NCBI GenBank assembly: GCA_944384495.1
Contig: CALWTP010000037.1
Span: 1-32,378, forward strand
Reading direction: 5' to 3'
DNA: 32,378 nt
DNA from: an uncultured Clostridia bacterium
GTDB lineage: Bacteria; Bacillota; Clostridia; Christensenellales; UBA1242
Numbering within the stretch: the first letter of the stretch is position 1; every line of letters starts with the position of its first letter. Under the pieces are notes generated by a model. That model was not told where the DNA came from. It was given only the letters and a program-made list of their open reading frames with translations, and made no database searches. The position numbers and the translations under genes were made by a program. This document shows, piece after piece, positions 9,060 to 17,700 of this stretch.

Positions 9060-10544
9060 ATGGAAAAAATTGCAATAATAGAATTAAATGAAAAAAACTT
9101 ATCGCTATCGATTTACAAAATATCCAACGGCAAGAGTATGCTGGCATTGAATAAAAATCAATATCATGATATTGGAATAGAGATAGAATCGTTGGAGCTT
9201 GTATCGCCCAAGTTAAAAAATGAAATCTTGGATATGTTGAAAATTTATAGAAAAATGATTGAAGATCATAAGGTTGATAAGATTTTTGCCGTTTGCTCGA
9301 ATATAATACTTAGAGCAAGGAATTATAGAGGCATATTTGACGAGATATACAACAATACTGGCCTTAATTTTACCATTTTATCAGACGAGGATACAATCAA
9401 ATATTTATTCAACGCAATTGTAAATAATATTGATAATGCGAAGGGTGTATTCTTGCATATAGGAGGAAACAACTGTTATTTGGTTAGATATAACAGACGT
9501 GCAATATTGAGTAGCACCATAATTCCAGTTGGCACATATAATACTACTCAGCCATACCAAAATTTAGATCAAATGGTGGATTCGTTTAAAAAGAATATTT
9601 CATCAAAGATAGCTCTTGGCAAGATTGAAGAAGAAGTCAAAGTTGTTGCAACAGGAATTTCATGTTTGGCACTTGGAAAACTTGCTAAAAAGGTGCAAAG
9701 ATATTCACTTGATTTAGATAATAATTATACTCTTACCAAAGACATTTTGGATAAAACCTGCCAGTTTGTCAGCGGTATTGATCTTGACAAGATAAAAAAG
9801 ATAAAGGGTATAGATTATGAAGAAGCTGATAAGATTTTAATCGGAATTGCATTGATTAAAGCACTCTTTGAGCTTTTGGGGTTAAATGAAGTATCAATTA
9901 CCACCTCGAATGTGAGAAGAGGCCTATTGCAATTCAATGTGCTCAATGCACAGCAAGAGCGATTTAATGACCTTTTATCCAATTCACTTGAGAGTTTTTA
10001 TGAGTTTGCCAAAGATGAGTTTTCAATTAATCCGCAGGTATACAATATGGCGACAATACTATTTAAACAACTTAAGGTTATGCATAAATTGCCAAGATTT
10101 TATGTAAAACCTTTAAGGATAGCCTCTTTTATGTATGATTGCGGGAAATGTATTAATGCAGAAAATTACACTAAATATGGATTTGACAAAATAGTATTCT
10201 CAGATATTGTTGGGGCCACTCATAGGGAACTTTTGATTGCAGGATTTATTTGCAAAAGTCAAAATTTAGATGATCTTTCCTTAAATGAATGGATAAAGTA
10301 TAAGGATATTTTAACTGATGAGGACCTGGATGCAGTTCGTAAACTGGGTATTATTGTAAAACTTGCTGTGGCTTTAAACGCATCGGGAAAACCTGTTGTC
10401 AACGATATAGTTTGTGACATATTAGGTGATTCCATCATTATGAAAACAATAGTCGATGGAGATGCCAGATATGAAATACTGGAAGGAATGAAGGTTGCTC
10501 AGGACTATAAAAAAGTGTTTAAAAAAAGCTTGCAAATAATTTAA
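9060..10544 (+). CDS. Ppx/GppA-family protein with degenerate catalytic motifs
   Basis: Length and layout of long-form Ppx/GppA (ASKHA plus HD-like C-terminus): RARN, NNTGLNFTILS, HIGG, PVG, RRGL, ASFMYDCG, IVGATHRE. Confidence 0.8.
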   Translation: MEKIAIIELNEKNLSLSIYKISNGKSMLALNKNQYHDIGIEIESLELVSPKLKNEILDMLKIYRKMIEDHKVDKIFAVCSNIILRARNYRGIFDEIYNNTGLNFTILSDEDTIKYLFNAIVNNIDNAKGVFLHIGGNNCYLVRYNRRAILSSTIIPVGTYNTTQPYQNLDQMVDSFKKNISSKIALGKIEEEVKVVATGISCLALGKLAKKVQRYSLDLDNNYTLTKDILDKTCQFVSGIDLDKIKKIKGIDYEEADKILIGIALIKALFELLGLNEVSITTSNVRRGLLQFNVLNAQQERFNDLLSNSLESFYEFAKDEFSINPQVYNMATILFKQLKVMHKLPRFYVKPLRIASFMYDCGKCINAENYTKYGFDKIVFSDIVGATHRELLIAGFICKSQNLDDLSLNEWIKYKDILTDEDLDAVRKLGIIVKLAVALNASGKPVVNDIVCDILGDSIIMKTIVDGDARYEILEGMKVAQDYKKVFKKSLQII

Positions 10545-10737
10545 ACTGTGTGATGCTGTTTTGCTCACCATGTTCGCAAAACCATGTTTGCTGACGCGAG
10601 ACACGCAAAAATTTGTGACATCACTCAGTTTGAATAAACATCAGTCTCGCTCAAATGTGACTTCGTTCCGCTTGGCTCGACATATGATGATGTAATTTAT
10701 GTGGACAAAATGTCCCTTTGCACAGCAGATATAAAAT

Positions 10738-10772
10738 AAGGGGCAATGTTAAAAAATAACTTTGCCTTTTTT
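10738..10772 (+). terminator. Intrinsic terminator
   Basis: AAGGGGCAAtGTTA ... TAACtTTGCCTTTTTT hairpin with T run. Confidence 0.65.
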
Positions 10773-10876
10773 GATTTGATAAAATACAATACAATTGAGT
10801 AAAATATGTTTGCAAGGCAATAATAAATAAATGGCTTTACATCAATACATCACTAAAGTTTTCAAAAGGAGAAGAT

Positions 10877-12262
10877 ATGAAAAAGAGTAATTGGATAGCA
10901 ATAATTTTGACTTTGGTCATGATTTTGGCATTATCATTTATAGTCTCACAATTTCTGACTCCAAACAATACAAGGAGAACATATTCTCTTACATCTTGCC
11001 TTAATGACAGTATAACGGAGGATATGTCTGTTTATGATATTGCAAAACTATATCGAGATAATGCTACTGTTGCTATAAGAGTCAATGGATATAACAACGA
11101 GGCAATGGCAAACTATTCTGCTCAGGGAAGTGGTGTCTGCATAGCCTCAAATGGATATTCCTCTCAAGCTTCAAACTATAGTGAACTAGATGTGACCGCG
11201 ACCAAGGGAAGTTATATTGCAACAAATTTTCATGTCGTTGAATGGATTGAAAATGAAGATTATAGGGATGTCACAATAAGTGTCATAACAGAAGATGAAG
11301 TTGAATATTCCGCACAGTACCTATGGGGAAGTAGCTATTTTGATTTATCAATTTTATATATAGAAGAAAACTTGAACTATGTAAAAATGGTTGATCGAAC
11401 TATTGATTGTACATTGGAGGTCAAATTGGACATTGAGCCTATCTTTACAATCGGATCGCCATTAAATTTACAAAATTTAAATGATTTTACAGCAGGTTAT
11501 GTTCGAAACAACAACGATATGACAGAGTACACAGCAATTACAGAATATTACTACCAAAACTTTAATGGTTGGAATAGTGTATCAATAGAAGATGCACTTC
11601 CAAATACATTTGTGACGTATGAAATTCAATATCTAGGGAATGTATACGAAGATGTTATCAGCATGAGTGTGGAAATCAGTCCGGGGAATTCTGGTGGCGG
11701 AGTATTTGATTATGATGGCAACTTAGTCGCACTCGCGACACTGAGCACTGATGTCAGCCAAACAAATGGCAATCAAATCAATGGTGCAGTGCCAGTATAT
11801 CCACTTATTAAAGTTTTAGATAAAGTTATTGCGAACAATGAAACCAATGCAAATTACACCATATATGATCTTGAAACAATATCAATCATAGGGCTTGATG
11901 CAAATGAAGCACAGATATCATCCGATGTTTTCTATGAGGAACAGAAATCAGAACTAAGAACAATAGGAATTGATGCTTATTATTTAAATGGAAACTTTTA
12001 TTCAACGACCGAGTATTCAAATGCCTTTTCGTTTGAAGAAGAAGGATTTTATATTATATCAAATGCAAATCAATCAGAAAGCTTTGAAAATTTGACGGAA
12101 GGTTGTATAATAACAAGTGGAAAGATCAATGATGAGACAACCAGAACAATTGAAAATAGAAATGACATATTATATCTGCTTTTAAATTTAAACGATGGTG
12201 ACGTACTCGAATTAAGTTACACCAGCGCGAGCGGATCAGGAGAGGTGACAGTCAGTTTCTAA
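10877..12262 (+). CDS. Membrane-anchored trypsin-like (HtrA/S1C-like) serine protease with degenerate PDZ-like C-terminus
   Basis: N-terminal TM; GSGV, ATNFHV (His), DLSIL (Asp), ISPGNSGG (Ser); RBS AAGGAG. Confidence 0.88.
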   Translation: MKKSNWIAIILTLVMILALSFIVSQFLTPNNTRRTYSLTSCLNDSITEDMSVYDIAKLYRDNATVAIRVNGYNNEAMANYSAQGSGVCIASNGYSSQASNYSELDVTATKGSYIATNFHVVEWIENEDYRDVTISVITEDEVEYSAQYLWGSSYFDLSILYIEENLNYVKMVDRTIDCTLEVKLDIEPIFTIGSPLNLQNLNDFTAGYVRNNNDMTEYTAITEYYYQNFNGWNSVSIEDALPNTFVTYEIQYLGNVYEDVISMSVEISPGNSGGGVFDYDGNLVALATLSTDVSQTNGNQINGAVPVYPLIKVLDKVIANNETNANYTIYDLETISIIGLDANEAQISSDVFYEEQKSELRTIGIDAYYLNGNFYSTTEYSNAFSFEEEGFYIISNANQSESFENLTEGCIITSGKINDETTRTIENRNDILYLLLNLNDGDVLELSYTSASGSGEVTVSF

Positions 12263-12283
12263 TGAAGTATTACGGGGGAGAAA

Positions 12284-13285
12284 ATGGTAAAATATAAATA
12301 TGCTATTGAGATCGGTGGCTCTTACACAAAAATTTATGTAAAAGATAATGGCTTTGCGTTATGCGAGCCCACCCTTGTTGCGGCAGAACCAACAGCTCAG
12401 GGGTATAAGGTTTTAGCACTTGGAAATGCTGCCAAAGAAATGCTTGGAAAAACAAATGATTTTGTAGAAGTTTTCAGTCCAATTTCAAATGGCCAAATAA
12501 ACAATTATGAATACTTAAAGGAACTTTTAATATATTTTTTTGAAAAACTTAATTTTAAGCGAAAAAGGGATAATGTCATAGTGCTTACTAGTGTTGCCAT
12601 GTCTCCAAAAAGCAAGGAAACTTTCTTATCTTTAATGTATGAAATAGGATTTAAACAAGTCATGTTGATTCCTTCGATTATTTGTTCGCTGATTGGTGCT
12701 GGGAAAAATATCAGCTCAACAAAAACAAACATGATTGTCAATATTGGAGGAGCAAACACTGATATAGCGGTTGTGAACATGAATTCTATCATTAAAGGAG
12801 CATCATTAGGGCTTGGTGGAAGAGCTGTGGATGTGGCAATTGCAAACACAATTGCTTATTCTCATGGTTTAGTGATTGGGCTTGGCACAAGTGAGAAGTT
12901 GAAACTAGAGGTAGGAAGCCTCTACCTAAACGATACATTAAATATGGAGGTGACTGGTGTGGATGTGGAGAGCAAACTGCCAAGATCCTATATTATTTCA
13001 TCGAGTGACCTTTTGCCAGTGCTTGAGCCATTTTACGATGAAATAATAAGAACACTGGATGTGACCATAACATCACTTCCACCAGAACTTACATCTGATA
13101 TCATCAATAATGGTGTTTATTTTGTGGGTGGAATGAGTCAAATCAATGGACTTGAAAACTTTTTGAAAAGAAAATTTAAATATCCTTTTAAAATTGTTGA
13201 GGATGGTGAAAATGTGACAATACTTGGAGCGGGCAAACTTCTAGATGACCTTAAATTGCTTGAAAGTATTACTGAAAATATTTGA
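12284..13285 (+). CDS. MreB/Mbl-like actin-fold protein, divergent active site
   Basis: LCEPTLVA, ALGNAAKEMLGKT, SPISNGQI, IGAG, EKLKLEVGS, GVDVESKLPR, LPPELTSDIINNG, ILGAGKLL. Confidence 0.85.
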   Translation: MVKYKYAIEIGGSYTKIYVKDNGFALCEPTLVAAEPTAQGYKVLALGNAAKEMLGKTNDFVEVFSPISNGQINNYEYLKELLIYFFEKLNFKRKRDNVIVLTSVAMSPKSKETFLSLMYEIGFKQVMLIPSIICSLIGAGKNISSTKTNMIVNIGGANTDIAVVNMNSIIKGASLGLGGRAVDVAIANTIAYSHGLVIGLGTSEKLKLEVGSLYLNDTLNMEVTGVDVESKLPRSYIISSSDLLPVLEPFYDEIIRTLDVTITSLPPELTSDIINNGVYFVGGMSQINGLENFLKRKFKYPFKIVEDGENVTILGAGKLLDDLKLLESITENI

Positions 13286-13335
13286 TCTATCTTGATTAAA
13301 AATCCATAAAAAATTATTTGACCAAAATTGACAAC

Positions 13336-13369
13336 AAAGGGAAGAAATCGACAATTCTTCTCTTTTTTT
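13336..13369 (+). terminator. Intrinsic terminator between mreB-like gene and minD
   Basis: AAAGGGAAGAA / TTCTTCTCTTT stem followed by T run; TG-n-TAAAAT extended -10 just downstream (13383-13391). Confidence 0.65.
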
Positions 13370-13412
13370 ATTTGCCGATATTTGATAAAATCTTGTATGA
13401 AAGGAGACGACA

Positions 13413-14204
13413 ATGGCAAGAAAAATTGTTCTAACAAGCGGTAAAGGTGGAGTTGGCAAGACCACAGTGTGTGCAAACCTTGGTATCGCTCTTGCAAAGC
13501 TTGGTTTTCGAGTGGTGCTTATAGATGTTGATATAGGGCTTAACAATCTTGACGTTGTCATGGGAGTTGAGAACCAAGTTGTTTTTGATCTAACCGATGT
13601 CATTATGGGCAAATGCAGAGCAAGACAAGCATTGATTCAAGACAGGACAATATCTTCCTTATATATATTACCATCGACACATATTTGCAGTAGTAACAAC
13701 ATATATGGAGAACATATAAAAAACATTGTAGACCAATTGGACTCCAGTTTTGATTATATCTTAATTGATTGCCCAGCAGGGGTTGATGCTGGATTTGAAC
13801 GAGCGGTTGTTCCTGCGAATGAAGCAATTATAGTCGTTACACCACATTTATCTTCAATTAGAGATGCAGATAAGGTTGTGGTATTATTGGATAATTATAA
13901 TGTTGAATTTAAAGGTTTGGTAATCAATAGAATGCGAGGCGATTTATTGTTAAATGGAGAGCTTATGACCATTGAAAATATTGTAAGAGCCTTAAATTTG
14001 CCCTTGCTCGGTGTAATACCTGAAGATGACGCAATAGGATCAAGCTGTTCGGTTGGAGGACGAGTACAATCGGTGGAAAGTGCAAGAGCTTTCACTTTGT
14101 TAAGTGAAAATATTCATAATGGTTCAAAAAAAATCTTTGATTGCACATATAAATATCGAGGACTAATGGGTTATTTAAAAAGGAACATAAAAAAACATGT
14201 CTAA
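13413..14204 (+). CDS. minD: Septum site-determining ATPase MinD
   Basis: TSGKGGVGKTT, DVDIGLNNLD, IDCPAG, SSIRDADKV, C-terminal amphipathic GLMGYLKR. Confidence 0.95.
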   Translation: MARKIVLTSGKGGVGKTTVCANLGIALAKLGFRVVLIDVDIGLNNLDVVMGVENQVVFDLTDVIMGKCRARQALIQDRTISSLYILPSTHICSSNNIYGEHIKNIVDQLDSSFDYILIDCPAGVDAGFERAVVPANEAIIVVTPHLSSIRDADKVVVLLDNYNVEFKGLVINRMRGDLLLNGELMTIENIVRALNLPLLGVIPEDDAIGSSCSVGGRVQSVESARAFTLLSENIHNGSKKIFDCTYKYRGLMGYLKRNIKKHV

Positions 14205-14216
14205 TAGGAGGGTGGA

Positions 14217-14444
14217 ATGCAAAATTCTTATAGTCGCATTGATAATATCTTAAATGAGGATAAAATCATAAACCCTCAGTATATTTGTGATGTGCTAAAA
14301 GAAGAAATCAAACCGATTGTTGAAAATTACATGATTTTACAAAACGACATAAAAGTAAGATTTAAAAAAGAAAGAAACAAAAACGTCTTCACGATTGAAA
14401 TTGACGCAAACAGAACAAAATATTTTGGCTATGTTCCATTTTGA
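14217..14444 (+). CDS. minE: Topological specificity factor MinE (divergent)
   Basis: Directly after minD; RIDNILNED...LKEEIKPIVENYM matches the RL.LIL..DR...LK.EI..VI.KY pattern; RBS GGAGG. Confidence 0.7.
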   Translation: MQNSYSRIDNILNEDKIINPQYICDVLKEEIKPIVENYMILQNDIKVRFKKERNKNVFTIEIDANRTKYFGYVPF

Positions 14445-14691
14445 GAGTATACACTATGTGACATTCAAATTTTAAACCTAAATTTTTATAAATTCTATCG
14501 AATATGTTGTTTACGCAAATCAACTCAAAGAATTATTTCTTAAAACAATACTATAGTGATTTGTTATGATGTAATTCGAATAATGATAAGCTTAAGACTA
14601 TACCTCCAAATTCCACATATTTACAAGATATTTTGCCAAAAGCTTAAGCACTTTGGGTCATAGACAGGCAAAAAGATTAAATTTTAAATAT

Positions 14692-14728
14692 AAAAAAGCC
14701 TAAAACTGTTTTTTAGTTTTAGGCTTTT
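14692..14728. terminator. Bidirectional intrinsic terminator between minE and the 1829-aa gene
   Basis: Perfect 14-bp inverted repeat AAAAGCCTAAAACT / AGTTTTAGGCTTTT. Confidence 0.85.
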
Positions 14729-14759
14729 GAATATTTATTTTGAAACAACAGAAATAGAC

Positions 14760-17700
14760 TTAAGCCACTTTGGACCACTTTCCGTTGCTGGCTTCCCACT
14801 GCTCAAAATCGCCATATCGATAATTATTTATAAAGTTATACAGATTTGACATATTTACACTATCTCCGAAGTTCACAAAGGAGGTATTGTTACTTGAAAT
14901 AGTAAGCGAGAAAATATCAGCAAGTGGCATAAATAGGCTGTAAGATATATCTTTTAAATAATTGTTTCCTGTTGAGTCTTTTGCAAGGGTTAGGGACAGA
15001 TTGAGGTTGTCGAGCGCTTGAGACCCAGTCAATTCTTTCATGTTTAGCGAGAAATTATACGACATACCACTTTGACTATAGCTTTTCAATATATTAGAAA
15101 AATTAATAAATCCGGGATCGCTATTTAAACTCTTATTTATCTCGGACATAATGTTATCTTTGAGGCCAAGAGCATATTGGATATAATAGCTTAGATTTTG
15201 CATAAGATGTGTCAGAGGAACCTTTGTCATCTTTTCGTAAGATCGTGTTGAAATACCAAACATTATATTGACAAATTCACTTCGATGCAAATATACATAG
15301 CCATCTTTATAATAGATATAAAGATATCTGTTATTTCCGCCGTTTGTGTCACCAACTTTATAAGGAACATCATTATTGACACCAGGTATTACCGGAATTG
15401 ATCCTATCACTCCATATAGCTCTATTTTGCCATTAACGACTTTAACTTTAAGACTGTAATTAACCTCATCAGATATATCAATTCCAATCAGGGAGCCTAC
15501 AATCTTCATAGATCCGCTCAGTGTAAAATCCTTATAATTTGCCATATTGACAACAGCTTTGAGAATTTCTTTTAGGCCAGAGATATCATAATAATTTTTG
15601 GTTAAATCAGGAGTTTGAATAGCATAGAAGTATTGCAATGAAAGAGTTAAATCTATTTTTTCACTAAGATCGCTATTGCTATATAAATTTTTTATTGAAA
15701 TTGAAGTAATCCTAAGACCATTTGAAGAGAGCGAAATCGTCAAATCTTGTGCTTGGCTGTTTCCGTAGAGGCCGGCACCATCAATTACAAGGTTAAAGCC
15801 ATAGGCATTTAAAGTAAAAGATTTTACTTTTGGAATAATAGCCAATATTGACTCAATGGTAAATTCCTCAAGTTGTCCTAATAGATTTTGTATTCCATCG
15901 AAATTAAGGGTGGTGTTGATATCATCAAACCAATTTAAACTCGACACATCAAGCCCTAAAGCATTCACCAGCATAAAGGCAATTTCTTTAAAGGATGAAT
16001 TGTTCATTTTTAAATACAGGCCATCAACATCAAAATATGTCCAATTATTTAAGCTACTCACACTTAGATTCATGTTATTAAGAGTGTAGGAATACAGTGA
16101 CCCGCTCATTTTAAATTGATTCACAAGATCAAATTGAAAATCGCCGTAGATCGAATCGTTGTTAAGTTTTAAATTTAAATTTACACCAAATTGTTTTTTA
16201 TTTAGAAAATCAAACAACATTTCAAACAAATTAATGGCATTTGTCAGTTTGTAATAACTGCCAGCAGGACGCACAGTTGAAGTACTTTCAATAAACTCCA
16301 AGTTCATCTGCAGGTCACCTCCGCTGACAGAGGCAATGTATGAGCCCACTTGATTTATCGCCAAATTAACAGTGAAATTCTGATAGCTTAGAACAATACA
16401 TTCTCTTTCGATCTTTATATTAAGATCTTTAAGAATTGATTCGATATTGTTTAAATCAAAAGACGATAAACCATCAATCAAGGAAGAAATATCCACTTGG
16501 AAATATTCTTTAACAAACTCACTAAGCCTATCAATTTCATTATACGAGAACATCAATTTAATATTGTACAATGAGAGATAGATACTGTTATTGTAAAGAA
16601 TGACCTGTGCGGTTAAGTCGTTGTAGTAAACATTTGCGTTGAGAGATAATAAACCATTTGAATAATAAATATTGCCATTAAATGAGAAGTCCAAAATTGA
16701 TCCGTCAAATGTTATCCCCATTTTTTGAGCTTGAATTGCTTGATATAAATATGTTATATGAGGCAAAAATTCCACTATATTTAAATAAGAGTTTTGGTCA
16801 ATATTTGGAGTATTTAGATTTGTAGATGAAGGTTTTAGATTGAGATATAGCTCGAATTCGTTAAAATCAATTGAAACAGACGCATTATTATCAGTTGCCA
16901 AAACTGTTAAAGATAAATTTTTCAAAGTCTGTATTTCAAATCCATTCTCTAATTGCACAATATTCTTAATAAAGTTCTTATTAAACTCAGTTTTAAGAAT
17001 GTCTTTCAAGAGATCCAGCAAATAATCAATATTTAGATTAATATCAAATGTGTCAGATAAGAATGAGATCACTTGGTCAACCTGAGAGGAAGAAAAATAC
17101 AATTTATTGCCAAGAGCTTCGAAATAGAAGTTATTATTGTAATATTTCATGTTAACATTTTGACCAAATAGATAAAGATTTGCACTAAGAAGAAGCCCAT
17201 TTGAGTAATCAATGATATAATCAAAGTCAACTTGCAGATCATCAACTGTGATACTGCCAGATCCAGTTAAAGTTTGATTTGATAAGATTGAAACGAGTTT
17301 TTCAACTGTAGGCAATATAGGGGAGATGGAGATATAAACACCTTCATTGCCATGTGAAAGGTTTTGATAAGGTTTGGAATTTGCCAGCAGTGAAATATTT
17401 TCATTTTCAAGAGAGAATGAAGACAAAGTATTATTTGAAAGAGCAAGCTGTATTTTACCAAGTCCTGATACTGTCAAAGTTAAAGAGTTTTCATCTATTA
17501 CAAGTTCTTTTAAAATTGATAGATCAAGATTTGTTAAAGCTGACAGATCAAAGTCAAGCATTTCAAATATCTTTGTCAAATTTCCACTCTTGAATAGATT
17601 ATAGATTTCCAAAATCTTATCAAGAGGGATATCAATCGGTGAGATACTTGTGAGCATCTCACAAAGACTATTAATTTCACTCAGTGAAGCTTTAAGGTAT

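Noticed and set aside
10580-10660. Hammerhead ribozyme core in the structured spacer
   Set aside because: CTGA segments on both strands are not followed by the NGA...GAAA core
12505-14095. Antisense ORFs over the mreB-like gene and minD (60-123 aa)
   Set aside because: Shadows of well-supported genes with no recognisable motifs
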